From assembly GCA_012514745.1 (NCBI GenBank), contig JAAYZR010000002.1:40962-104961 (forward strand): a DNA stretch of 64,000 nt. Direction: 5' to 3'. The notes below the pieces were generated by a model. That model was not told the origin of the DNA, did not search any database, and was given only the letters and a program-made list of their open reading frames with translations. The DNA is from Candidatus Undivivens industriae (GTDB lineage Bacteria; Omnitrophota; Gorgyraeia; Gygaellales; Profunditerraquicolaceae). Of the stretch, positions 1 through 9,172 are shown piece after piece. How positions within the stretch are numbered: the first letter of the stretch is position 1; every line of letters begins with the position of its first letter. A program made the translations under genes and the position numbers.

Positions 1-2
1 AG

Positions 3-155
3 ATAAATCCGGAGTATCTATTCCTGGATATAAAACTTCAGGCGCTTGAGAAAGCCATCGTTAAGGAACTGGGTAACGAGGAACTGCGGCGCATAAAGAA
101 TCTCTACGAGCAGGAGATGTCGGAAAGAATACTCCATTCCAGGGACGAAAAGTAG
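3..155 (+). CDS. 3' end of an upstream CDS (partial, hypothetical protein)
   Basis: Open frame entering the window in frame 3 and ending at TAG 153-155; coiled-coil-like sequence ...LEKAIVKELGNEELRRIKNLYEQEMSERIL; no recognisable family. Confidence 0.3.
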   Translation: MNPEYLFLDIKLQALEKAIVKELGNEELRRIKNLYEQEMSERILHSRDEK

Positions 156-182
156 ATTTTTATTCCGTGAAAGGCCGCAGTA

Positions 183-1100
183 ATGATAATAGACGCCCAT
201 TGCCATTGGCTGCCCGAAGAAATAATCACCAACGCGCATTTTTTCTCCAGGGCCTGGGGAGATATCGAGGCGGGACTTGCTTCCATGGAGGCTAACGGCA
301 TAGATGCCGCGGTCCTGACGTATCCTTCCAGCGACGCGCACCTAAAGCTGGGAGGTTACGCGGCGGCGGCGGAGATATTCAACGCCAACCTTGCTCTCCT
401 GGTAAAAAAGTATTCCGGCAGGATCATCGGTTCCGCGGTCCTGCCTTTCGGCGACGGAGAGGCCATGGCCGATACGGTGCGCCGCGCCCACGAAGAGCAG
501 GGGCTGCGCGCCGTTTCCCTGGCGAGCAGTTACGCGGGTGTATTCCTGGATGACGCTGTCTTCGGGCCCGCTTACCGGGCTGCCGCCGACGCCGGCATGC
601 CCGTATTCGTGCATTCTCAGACGGTATCGCCGGCCGGCAGCGATAGGGTGTCGGATCCATTGCTTACGCCGGTGGTGGAATACATTTTCGACATCACGCT
701 CTGCATAGGGAAGATGCTTATGTCCGGTCTCCTGCGCGAGTATGCCGGAGGGATAAAATTCATTTTCGCCAATTCCGGCGGCGCGGTGCCTTATCTCGCC
801 GCCCGTTTTGACGACACCTACAGGATGTTGCGCGGAGTGGATTTCGTCAAGGACCTCGGCTCCGATCCTTCGGAGCAGCTGCGCGGCATATACGTGGATA
901 CCGGGGGAGAAAGAGAAAGCGCCGCCTTGCTCCCCGCCCTTAAGTTCTTCGGACCCGACAGACTGCTTTGGGGCAGCGATTGGCCGGCGAAGAAGGATCC
1001 TGCGCCTTCCCTGAGAGCGGTTAAGGGCCTCGGGTTGGGGATGAAGGACGAAGAAAGAATAACGGGAGGGACTCTCGCTTGCCTCTTGGGTATTTCATAG
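183..1100 (+). CDS. amidohydrolase-2 family metal-dependent hydrolase (ACMSD-like fold)
   Basis: 305 aa; N-terminal MIIDAHCHWLPEE metal-binding motif and overall TIM-barrel amidohydrolase_2 pattern. Confidence 0.65.
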   Translation: MIIDAHCHWLPEEIITNAHFFSRAWGDIEAGLASMEANGIDAAVLTYPSSDAHLKLGGYAAAAEIFNANLALLVKKYSGRIIGSAVLPFGDGEAMADTVRRAHEEQGLRAVSLASSYAGVFLDDAVFGPAYRAAADAGMPVFVHSQTVSPAGSDRVSDPLLTPVVEYIFDITLCIGKMLMSGLLREYAGGIKFIFANSGGAVPYLAARFDDTYRMLRGVDFVKDLGSDPSEQLRGIYVDTGGERESAALLPALKFFGPDRLLWGSDWPAKKDPAPSLRAVKGLGLGMKDEERITGGTLACLLGIS

Positions 1101-1135
1101 AGAAAAGGACCGGAACAACAGCAAGGAGCGATGTT

Positions 1136-1885
1136 ATGAAAATGGTGAAAGACGTGCATTTGACCGGCAAGGATCTTGCCGAGATGGTCCAGCTCAGGCC
1201 GCAGGACGTCGGCAAATACGCCGTCGTGCCCGGGCCCCGCGACAGGCTGGACGTTCTGATGAAGAAAATAGAAGAGCCGGTGCGCAATTTCTCTTTCATG
1301 GAATATACCATGTATACCGGTACATACAAAGGGGTCAAGATTACCGCCATAAACGGCGGCAGGTTTTCTACAGATACAGCCATCACCTCCGAGGTGATCT
1401 GCCACGCCGGCATAAAGAACGTCATCCGCATCGGTACCTGCGGCGCGCTGGACGAGAAGATGAAGGTCGGAGACCTGGTGGTGGCCGATACCGTACTAAG
1501 GGGCGACGGCGTCACTCCCTATTATGTGGACGATTCTTTCGTCACCAGGGCGGACAAAAAGCTTTCCGACATACTTGTCGCGTCGGCTGCCGTCGCGGGG
1601 GCGGCCGTGCACCGCGGCTGCGTCTGGAGTACCGACGCCCTGCTGCGAGAGACCAGGGAGATAGTGGAGGACAAGCGCGGCAAAGGGGCGGTGGCAGTGG
1701 ACATGGTTTCTTCATCACTGTTGACCATAGCGCAGTTCTATGGCGTGCGCGCGGCCTCTATTCTGGCGGTCAGCGACCACGTTATCACCGGAGAAATGGG
1801 TTTTATGAATCCATTGTATTATATGGCGGAAACGAAATTGATAGAAATAGCGCTGGCGGCGGTACTGCAGATGGAAGGGAAGTGA
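1136..1885 (+). CDS. purine/5'-methylthioadenosine nucleoside phosphorylase family protein (MtnP/PNP-like)
   Basis: PNP_UDP_1-type sequence (IRIGTCGALDEKMKVGDLVVADTVLRGDG); start chosen at MKMVKD (ATG 1136) after an AGGAG RBS rather than the overlapping ORF-track start 1079. Confidence 0.75.
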   Translation: MKMVKDVHLTGKDLAEMVQLRPQDVGKYAVVPGPRDRLDVLMKKIEEPVRNFSFMEYTMYTGTYKGVKITAINGGRFSTDTAITSEVICHAGIKNVIRIGTCGALDEKMKVGDLVVADTVLRGDGVTPYYVDDSFVTRADKKLSDILVASAAVAGAAVHRGCVWSTDALLRETREIVEDKRGKGAVAVDMVSSSLLTIAQFYGVRAASILAVSDHVITGEMGFMNPLYYMAETKLIEIALAAVLQMEGK

Positions 1886-2817
1886 TGAGATTCTCTCCGT
1901 TATTCTGGCCGGTATTTTTGAAGGGAAAAGAGCTCTGCGTTTTGGATGAGACGTCTCTTCCCAGAGCGCCCCAATACCTTAACGTTACGGGTTACCGTCA
2001 GTCGGTGCGCGTGATCAGGCGTATGCAGACCAGGGCGATCGGGCAGGTATTGCTGGTGATGTATACTTTTCTCCTGGAGATCAAGAAAAACGGGGGTAAA
2101 TTGAGCGTCCAGGATTTGAAAAAGATCGCGCAGGCGCTGAATTCGGCGCGCCCCACGCTGCCGTTCAAGATGCTTACCGGCATGGTGCTGGGCTGGGCGC
2201 AGGCCGGAGAACCCGTGGAGCAGAGGATTTCAGGTTTTCTGGAAAAACTGAAGTCTGCGAGAATAGAGCAGGCCGGGGAAGCAGCCGCACTCTTCGAAGA
2301 CGGGGATAGCGTGCTTACGCATTGCAATGTCAGCGGGCTGCTGCCTTTGATAGCGGAATTATGCAGAAATAAAGGTAAAAGTATATCTTTTTACGCCACA
2401 GAGACCAGGCCTTACTGGCAGGGAAGCCGGCTGACGGCGTGGGAACTGAAAAAAGCCGGAGTGCCTGTTACCGTGATAACAGACGGCATGGCGGCGCAGG
2501 TGATGAAAGAAAGAAGGGTAAATAAGATCATTACTGGAGCGGACCACCTTGCGTTAAACGGGGACATCGCCAACAAAATCGGCACATTACAGCTGGCAAT
2601 TTGCGCGAAATATTTCGGGGTCCCTTTTTACGTGCTTTGTCCGCCTCCATCCCAAGCCGCGTGCGGAGAAGATATAAAGATCGAGGTCAGGCCGGGCAGG
2701 GAATTGTTGTCTTACCGCGGACTGAGGCTTGCCCCGGCCGGGGTGAATGCTTATTATCCGGCTTTCGACGTCACGCCGGCGGGACTGATCACTAAACATA
2801 TCCATATGAGGTTTTAA
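1882..2817 (+). CDS. eIF-2B alpha/beta/delta family sugar-phosphate isomerase (methylthioribose-1-P / 5-deoxyribose-1-P isomerase, MtnA-like)
   Basis: 311 aa; ITGADHLALNGDIANKIGTLQLAICAKYFGVPFYVLCP is the hallmark core of the MtnA/eIF2B family; ATGA overlap with the upstream gene. Confidence 0.8.
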   Translation: MMRFSPLFWPVFLKGKELCVLDETSLPRAPQYLNVTGYRQSVRVIRRMQTRAIGQVLLVMYTFLLEIKKNGGKLSVQDLKKIAQALNSARPTLPFKMLTGMVLGWAQAGEPVEQRISGFLEKLKSARIEQAGEAAALFEDGDSVLTHCNVSGLLPLIAELCRNKGKSISFYATETRPYWQGSRLTAWELKKAGVPVTVITDGMAAQVMKERRVNKIITGADHLALNGDIANKIGTLQLAICAKYFGVPFYVLCPPPSQAACGEDIKIEVRPGRELLSYRGLRLAPAGVNAYYPAFDVTPAGLITKHIHMRF

Positions 2818-2819
2818 AA

Positions 2820-3833
2820 ATGGCGCGAAAATTCACCAGGGAAACGGCCGAGGCGGAAGTGATAGAGACCGGAAAAGAGCTTTACCGCTGCGGTATGGCT
2901 GTGGCGGCTTCCGGCAACCTGAGCGTGAGGCTCGATGATAAGCGTATCATTATCACCGCCTCCGGCAGCAGGCTGGGCAGGCTGTCCGCAGAAGATATGG
3001 TTTGCGTGGGATTGGTTTCCGGGCTCGCGGAGGAGGGCAGGGTCCCCAGTTCCGAACTACCGATGCACAGAATGATCTATGCGGAGTTCCCGGAGATAAA
3101 AGCCGTATTGCACTGCCATCCGCCTTTCGCCAACGGTTATTTCAGCGTCAGGGATTCTTTCAAACCGCTTACTTTCGAGGCATCTTTCTATCTCGGGGAT
3201 GTCCCGGTGGTGCCGCAGGACACTCCCACCGTGACCAGGCCTCAGGAAATCACCGCGGCCCTGCGGCAGGGGAATCTTATAGTGCTGAAGAACCACGGCA
3301 TAGTCTCGGCGGCCGGCGATATGGCAAAAGCCCTGGATCTCGCGCAGACTCTGGAGGAGTCAATAAAGACCGCGGCTCTGGCGCGTCTGTTTTCCTGCGG
3401 GATAGAGCCGACGCCCGCGGAAGCGCAAGCGGAACGAGCGGCGGCTCCCGGGGGAGCTTATCGGATGTTTTCCCCTGAGCACATAGACGCTATCGTTGGC
3501 CTGGTGAACCGCGACTCTTTTATCTCCGAAAAAGGCAGGGAACTGGAGCTTACTTTACAGCTTTCGGTGGTGCTGGACGATGACGGGACCGCCTATAAAT
3601 TCGTTTTCCGGCAGGGTCAGATTACTTCCGTTGAACGCAGCGCAGAAGCCCCGTTCGTGATCTCGGCCCCGGCATCAGCCTGGAGAGAAGTTTTCGCCGG
3701 CAGGCTCGACCCGTTCACGGCGGTGACGCAGGGGAAAATGAAACTTAAGGGCCAGCTCGGACAGCTTTCCCGCTGGTACGTTCCTTTCAGCAGGCTGTTT
3801 GAACTTTTCAAACAGGTGCCGGTATCCTCATGA
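2820..3833 (+). CDS. class II aldolase/adducin-domain protein fused to a C-terminal SCP2 sterol-carrier-like domain
   Basis: N-terminal 210 aa show the class II aldolase pattern (AASGNLSVRLDD..., HCHPPFANGY); C-terminal 110 aa resemble SCP2 (AWREVFAGRLDPFTAVTQGKMKLKGQLGQL). Confidence 0.7.
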   Translation: MARKFTRETAEAEVIETGKELYRCGMAVAASGNLSVRLDDKRIIITASGSRLGRLSAEDMVCVGLVSGLAEEGRVPSSELPMHRMIYAEFPEIKAVLHCHPPFANGYFSVRDSFKPLTFEASFYLGDVPVVPQDTPTVTRPQEITAALRQGNLIVLKNHGIVSAAGDMAKALDLAQTLEESIKTAALARLFSCGIEPTPAEAQAERAAAPGGAYRMFSPEHIDAIVGLVNRDSFISEKGRELELTLQLSVVLDDDGTAYKFVFRQGQITSVERSAEAPFVISAPASAWREVFAGRLDPFTAVTQGKMKLKGQLGQLSRWYVPFSRLFELFKQVPVSS

Positions 3834-5314
3834 ACGCCAGGCTTTTTATAAACGGCAGGTTCGTTCACGGAGGCGCCAGAAAGACGGTAATCAATCCTTC
3901 CTGCGGCGTGCCGTTGTGCGAAGCGGAGTTGGCTCTGGAGCCGGAATTGGAAGCGGCTCTGGATGGCGCGCGCAGGGCGTTCGACTCAGGTCCCTGGAAA
4001 GACATTTCTTTGGATAAACGCCGGGAATGCCTTATGAAAATGGCCGCCGGTATCCGCGAACGCGCCGCTGAGCTGGCGCAGTTGGAGACATGGAACGCCG
4101 GCAAGCCGATAAAAGAAACCACCTTCATGGATGTTCCCTCTTCCGCCCAGGTCTTCGAAGAGACCGCCGCGCATTTCGAGGAGTATTTGAAGGATCCTGC
4201 GCCGGCGGGCCTTCCGCCGGAGGCCGACGGACGCCTGCTGCGCGAGCCGCTGGGAGTGGTCCTGCTGATCGTCCCCTGGAATTATCCGCTTTTAATCGCC
4301 TGCTGGAAACTCGCCTCAGCCCTTGCCGCGGGCAACTGCGTGATATTAAAACCTTCTTCGCTTACTCCTTTAAGCGCGATCGCCCTGGCAGAAATAGCCT
4401 GCGCGGCGGGTATACCGGACGGGGTGTTGAACGTAGTGAATTGCGAGGGGGGACTTGCGGGGAAGAAATTGTGTGCCGACCCCAGGGTCGACATGATATC
4501 TTTTACAGGAAGTAACGAAAGCGGGGGAGCCATTCTCGGCCATACCGCCGTTTCCCCGAAGAAGACGCTGATGGAACTGGGAGGGAAATCCGCAGCCTTG
4601 GTCTTCGCCGGCAGCGATCTGGAGACCGCGGTGAACAGTTGTCTTGTTTCCGTGTTTCTGAACCAGGGGCAGATGTGCACGGCGATGTCGCGCATACTGG
4701 TGGAAGAGAGCGTTTACGACGCCTTCTGCGCGAAGTTTGCCGCCGCAGCGGAGAAGATCGAGGTCGGCGACGCCGCAGATTTCCGGACGCAGATGGGTCC
4801 TTTGATATCGCAGGGGCAGAGGGAAAAGGTCGCTTCCTTTGTGGGGGAGGCGTTGAGCCGGAAGGCCAGGCTGCTCTGCGGCGGCAGAGCGCCGTCCGAA
4901 GAAAGTCTCCGCAGCGGGTTTTTTTACGAACCGACGGTGTTGGCGGGAGTGACCTCGGAAATGAATATCTTCCGCTGCGAGGTCTTCGGCCCGGTGGCGG
5001 CGCTGAACAGGTTCAAGAATCAGGAAGAGGCGCTGCGTCTTTGCAATGATTCCGATTACGGGCTGGCCGCTTCCATCTGGACGCGGGATGAAGGCGCGGC
5101 TTTAAAACTCTCCTCACGGATAAACGCCGGCACTGTCTGGATAAATACCTACGGGATGTTCTATCCCGGTCTGCCATACGGCGGGTTCAAAAAAAGCGGA
5201 TTCGGCAAAGAAATGGGGAGGGCGGGATTCCTGGAATATACGCGCCTGAAGAATGTGGTGCTGGATAGGAGCGAAGGCGGTAAACCCCTGGTGAGTTACT
5301 GGTACGGTTTTTAA
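3830..5314 (+). CDS. NAD(P)-dependent aldehyde dehydrogenase
   Basis: 494 aa; ALDH glutamate and cysteine regions (ELGGKSAALVF, catalytic-Cys region NQGQMCTAMSR); ATGA start overlap with the aldolase gene. Confidence 0.85.
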   Translation: MNARLFINGRFVHGGARKTVINPSCGVPLCEAELALEPELEAALDGARRAFDSGPWKDISLDKRRECLMKMAAGIRERAAELAQLETWNAGKPIKETTFMDVPSSAQVFEETAAHFEEYLKDPAPAGLPPEADGRLLREPLGVVLLIVPWNYPLLIACWKLASALAAGNCVILKPSSLTPLSAIALAEIACAAGIPDGVLNVVNCEGGLAGKKLCADPRVDMISFTGSNESGGAILGHTAVSPKKTLMELGGKSAALVFAGSDLETAVNSCLVSVFLNQGQMCTAMSRILVEESVYDAFCAKFAAAAEKIEVGDAADFRTQMGPLISQGQREKVASFVGEALSRKARLLCGGRAPSEESLRSGFFYEPTVLAGVTSEMNIFRCEVFGPVAALNRFKNQEEALRLCNDSDYGLAASIWTRDEGAALKLSSRINAGTVWINTYGMFYPGLPYGGFKKSGFGKEMGRAGFLEYTRLKNVVLDRSEGGKPLVSYWYGF

Positions 5315-5394
5315 TCAAACCGCAGAAATCCCCGGTTCTCGTCCGAGGGGCTACACTCAAACCCAGGGATTACCGGTTTTATATAGGGAGAACA

Positions 5395-6918
5395 ATGAAC
5401 ATAGCGGCATTGTTGAAAGAACAGGCGCGGAAACATCCGGAAAAAACGGCTTTCGTTTTCCGGGGAGAAGAAGTTTCCTTCCGGGAACTTAAGGATAAGG
5501 TTTTTTCCGCGGCGGCGGCTTTGTCTGCCCACGGTATAGTCAAGGGAGACAGGGTGGCTTTATACCTGCCTGGCTGTCCGGAATACATCCTCAACTACCT
5601 GGCGGTGTGGGTTCTCGGCGCGACGGCGGTGCCGCTTGATTTTATGCTCACTTCGGATGAACTGCTCTCCTGCCTGGGACATTGCGAAGCTAAAACCCTG
5701 ATCATGCGCGAAAAGGCGGTGGTTTCAGCCTGCGGGTTGAAAGAAAAATTGCCCGCGCTTTCTTCGGTCTTCGTATGCAATCACAAAGATACGGTTTATC
5801 CGTCCGGCGTATTTCCGTTCAAGGAGCTCCCGGAAAAAGATTGCGCTATTTCCGGGTTTCCCGTCCCGGATGATTCCGATCCGGCTATAATATTTTATAC
5901 CTCGGGAACAACCGGCAAGCCTAAAGGAGTGATAGTCAATTACCGCCAGCTGGAAGCTCCGCCGAAAGCGATGGAGTATTTCGTGGAATTGAGCGGAGAA
6001 GACATAGCGCTCTGCGCTTTGCCTTTTTCTCACCTCGGCGGCTTGATCTATATCCAGGGCTGCCTCGTGTATTCGCTTACTTTCGTGCTTATGGAGCGTT
6101 TTATCCCCGCGGAATTCCTCAAGATCGTGCAGGAAAGGAGGATCACCTGTTTCTGGATAGTCCCATCCATGTATTACGCCCTGTTGCAGTTGAAGGAATT
6201 CGAGAGTTTCGATTTGTCCAGCCTGCGCTGGGTGGTTACTTTCGGCGCTTCCAGTTCTCCGGAAGCGCTGCGCAGGTTCCAGAAATTTTGCCCCGGCGCG
6301 CAACTTCTCAACGGCTGGGGTATGACCGAGACCAACGCCCCGACGGTGGTGCTTCCCAGGGGGTCGGCCAAGATAGAAAGCGTGGGCAGGCCGGCGCCGT
6401 GGGTTGAGATATGCATACTTGACGCAAACGATAAGCCTGCGCAGTCCGGCGCGGTGGGAGAAGTGGCGGTGCGCGGATGGGTGGTCACAGACGGTTATTT
6501 TAAGGACCCGGAGTTGACGGCCGAGAGTATGCGGGGAGGGTGGTTCCATACCGGGGATCTGGGGCGGATAGACGCAGAAGGGGACCTGTTCATCGTGGGT
6601 CGGAAGAAAGAGATGATCAAGGTAGGGGGAGAGATCGTTTTCGAGCCGGAAGTGGAATCCGTGCTGTTGCGTCATCCCGCGGTGGCGGAGGCCGCAGTGG
6701 TCGGCGTTCCGGATAAATTGCGCGGGGAGATCCCCAGGGCCTGGGTAGTGTTGAAACAAGACGCCGCTGTTTCTGCGGAAGACCTGCGCTATTTCTGCCG
6801 CGAACATCTGGCGCGTTTCAAGATCCCGCAGCAGATAGAATTCCTGCCCGCCCTTCCCAAGAACCGCTCCGGTAAGAACGATAAAGAACGCTTGCGCCTG
6901 CAGCCTGCCGGTAATTGA
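5395..6918 (+). CDS. AMP-dependent synthetase/ligase (acyl-CoA synthetase family)
   Basis: 507 aa; AMP-binding signature IIFYTSGTTGKPKGV and C-terminal adenylation-domain motifs. Confidence 0.85.
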   Translation: MNIAALLKEQARKHPEKTAFVFRGEEVSFRELKDKVFSAAAALSAHGIVKGDRVALYLPGCPEYILNYLAVWVLGATAVPLDFMLTSDELLSCLGHCEAKTLIMREKAVVSACGLKEKLPALSSVFVCNHKDTVYPSGVFPFKELPEKDCAISGFPVPDDSDPAIIFYTSGTTGKPKGVIVNYRQLEAPPKAMEYFVELSGEDIALCALPFSHLGGLIYIQGCLVYSLTFVLMERFIPAEFLKIVQERRITCFWIVPSMYYALLQLKEFESFDLSSLRWVVTFGASSSPEALRRFQKFCPGAQLLNGWGMTETNAPTVVLPRGSAKIESVGRPAPWVEICILDANDKPAQSGAVGEVAVRGWVVTDGYFKDPELTAESMRGGWFHTGDLGRIDAEGDLFIVGRKKEMIKVGGEIVFEPEVESVLLRHPAVAEAAVVGVPDKLRGEIPRAWVVLKQDAAVSAEDLRYFCREHLARFKIPQQIEFLPALPKNRSGKNDKERLRLQPAGN

Positions 6919-6940
6919 GCTTCCGCCGGCGAAGGAGTGT

Positions 6941-7981
6941 ATGCCCGATATAAAGGAGTTGTCTTTAGAGGAGTTGAAGGAACGGTTTAACGCCGCAGGT
7001 ATTCGGCCTTTTCACGCAGAACAGGTTTTTGCCTGGATATACAGGAAAATGGCCGGGACGTTCCGGGACATGAGCGACCTGCCGGCTTCCCTTAGGGAAT
7101 ACCTGTCTTCGGATTTTTCAATATACAGCTCCGTGGTCGCGCACAGACTGGTCTCCAGAGACGGAACCGTGAAGCTCCTTTCTGAACTGGCGGACGGGAA
7201 TATGATAGAATCAGTGCTTATCCCGGCGGAGCGCAGAATGACGGGATGTATTTCCGTTCAGGCAGGCTGCGGTCTGCGCTGCGCCTTTTGCGCCAGCGGA
7301 GCGCTTGGGCTGAAAAGGAACCTCAACTGCGGAGAGATACTGGAACAGGTCTGCCATCTGCAAAAAGAAGCCGGAGGCCGGCTCACTCATCTTGTTTTTA
7401 TGGGTACCGGCGAGCCGTTCAATAATTACGACAATCTTATCAAGGCCGTCCGGATAATCAATTCAAAGGAATCTTTTCATATCGGCGCCCGGCGCATTAC
7501 CATTTCCACATCCGGTATACTGCCGGGGATAGCCCGTCTTGCCGGAGAAGGACTGCAGGTTGAGCTTTCCGTATCTTTACACGCCGCGGATAATGAAATA
7601 AGGAGCCGGCTCATGCCCGTGAACGAAATCTATCCTTTGGCGCAGCTGCTGGCGGCCTGCCGGGTTTATTCGCGCAAGACAAGCAGGCAGGTGACTTTTG
7701 AATACATACTGATAAAAGGGATAAATTCCTCTTTGCCAAACGCGGTTAAATTATGTAGAATGTTAAAAGGGATGGGATGCAAGGTTAATCTTATCCCGCT
7801 TAATCCGTTACCGTCTATGGAATGGCGCCCGCCTTCCGCGGCGGAAACCGCCGTGTTCAGTTCATTCCTGCGCAAGCAGGGAATACAGGCCACGGTCAGG
7901 CAGCCGCGCGGGCGGGACATAGAAGCGGCCTGCGGACAATTAAGGCTGCAATACGCGCAGAACAGGCAGGTTGAGAGATGA
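6941..7981 (+). CDS. rlmN: 23S rRNA (adenine2503-C2)/tRNA methyltransferase RlmN, radical SAM
   Basis: 346 aa; CGLRCAFCASG radical-SAM cluster motif in typical RlmN context and length. Confidence 0.85.
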   Translation: MPDIKELSLEELKERFNAAGIRPFHAEQVFAWIYRKMAGTFRDMSDLPASLREYLSSDFSIYSSVVAHRLVSRDGTVKLLSELADGNMIESVLIPAERRMTGCISVQAGCGLRCAFCASGALGLKRNLNCGEILEQVCHLQKEAGGRLTHLVFMGTGEPFNNYDNLIKAVRIINSKESFHIGARRITISTSGILPGIARLAGEGLQVELSVSLHAADNEIRSRLMPVNEIYPLAQLLAACRVYSRKTSRQVTFEYILIKGINSSLPNAVKLCRMLKGMGCKVNLIPLNPLPSMEWRPPSAAETAVFSSFLRKQGIQATVRQPRGRDIEAACGQLRLQYAQNRQVER

Positions 7982-8646
7982 GTAAAGTCACAATAACGGG
8001 GTTCATATTTCGTATCTGTTCCTTCCTGGCGTTTCTTTTCTTTGCGGCCGGCTGCGTGGATTTTAATATCCGCAATCTCAACTCTTCCGGAAAGAACATA
8101 ATTTGCTTCGGCGACAGCCTGACCGCCGGCTATGGCGCCGAACCGAGTAGATCCTACCCGGTCATCCTGGCGGGTCTTACTTCATTTAACGTCATAAACG
8201 CTGGACTGTCGGCAGAGGATACGCGGGGAGCCCTGCGGAGATTAAAGACGGATGTCCTTGACAGAGAACCTGTTATGGTAATAGTAGAGTTCGGCGGCAA
8301 CGATCTTTTGAGTAAAATCCCTTTCGAGGAAACAGTCAAGAATATGCAGGAGATCATAGATAATATACAGGAAAGCGGCGCTATGGCAGCGGTAGTGGAT
8401 ATAAGCGTGGACCTTTTGATGGAGGAATATGGACAGGCTTTTCGTTCCCTTTGCCGGGAAAAAGGCGCCATTTTCATAAGGGACGTTATGGATGGGATAA
8501 TCACCGATCCGTCGCTGAAAAGCGATTATTTGCATCCAAACAGTTACGGCTACAGGATTATGGCACACCGTATATACCGCGCCGTCATGCCTTATTTAAA
8601 CCGTAACCTTATTGCCAGGGACATAGCGGCAGACAGGCCGCGCTGA
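7978..8646 (+). CDS. SGNH/GDSL-family hydrolase (lipase/acylhydrolase)
   Basis: 222 aa with N-terminal signal/anchor; GDSLTAGYG block I and GGNDL block III. Confidence 0.75.
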   Translation: MSKVTITGFIFRICSFLAFLFFAAGCVDFNIRNLNSSGKNIICFGDSLTAGYGAEPSRSYPVILAGLTSFNVINAGLSAEDTRGALRRLKTDVLDREPVMVIVEFGGNDLLSKIPFEETVKNMQEIIDNIQESGAMAAVVDISVDLLMEEYGQAFRSLCREKGAIFIRDVMDGIITDPSLKSDYLHPNSYGYRIMAHRIYRAVMPYLNRNLIARDIAADRPR

Positions 8647-8662
8647 CAACCGACTATACTGA

Positions 8663-8691
8663 TTGTTTTTACACACAAAATAGGGTATAAT
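8663..8691 (+). promoter_or_regulatory. sigma70-type promoter (-35 TTGTTT, 17-nt spacer, -10 TATAAT) upstream of the pilin-like gene
   Basis: TTGTTT at 8663-8668 and consensus TATAAT at 8686-8691 in an AT-rich 90-nt intergenic region; AGGAG RBS at 8728-8732. Confidence 0.55.
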
Positions 8692-8737
8692 TTATATAAA
8701 CGGACTTATTTATGACTTTTATAATATATAGGAGTAT

Positions 8738-9172
8738 ATGAGGCGGAGCGCTTTTACAATAATAGAAATGATGGCGGTGGTGGTAATTGTAGGAATATTA
8801 TCATCGCTGGCCGTTCTGGATTTTCATAAGACAGTGGAAAGGAACAAAGCCAAGGCCGCGGAGTATCATCTTAAAAGCATCTATAACGCCCAGAAAAGGT
8901 ATAAACTGGATAATGGCGAGTACTTTGTCTGTTCCAACACCGAGGGAGTGGTAAAGGAAGAGGAAATAGGCAAGGCATTATTCCCTAATTCAATAAATGC
9001 CGATGCTTACAGGAATATAGGAGATACGCTTTTTTCTTACGATATACAGGCCACGGAGGACGGAGGATATACGGTTACGGCGACGCGTAAATCCGGCATG
9101 TGCGCCGGCCGCACGGTCAAGATCACCGATGCCGGAGGGGTCCCCGACAAGGAGTGCCCGGTATGGAAATGA
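8738..9172 (+). CDS. type IV pilin / T2SS pseudopilin-like protein (prepilin-type N-terminal methylation domain)
   Basis: 144 aa; N-terminus MRRSAFTIIEMMAVVVIVGILSSLAV has the prepilin motif with Glu+5, but Ala instead of Gly at -1. Confidence 0.7.
   Translation: MRRSAFTIIEMMAVVVIVGILSSLAVLDFHKTVERNKAKAAEYHLKSIYNAQKRYKLDNGEYFVCSNTEGVVKEEEIGKALFPNSINADAYRNIGDTLFSYDIQATEDGGYTVTATRKSGMCAGRTVKITDAGGVPDKECPVWK

Noticed and set aside
3002-3478. 158-aa alternative-frame ORF inside the aldolase gene
   Set aside because: Gly/Arg-rich out-of-frame product inside a gene whose main frame has clear class II aldolase motifs.
5725-6807. 360-aa ORF on the minus strand
   Set aside because: Lies entirely antisense to the well-supported acyl-CoA synthetase gene. 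It has a Pro/Arg/Gly-rich high-GC shadow composition and no motifs.
9100-9162. ORF-track start of the Cys-rich protein 63 nt upstream
   Set aside because: It is Arg-rich and lies inside the pilin CDS. The signal peptide begins at MEMKKKFF (9163).
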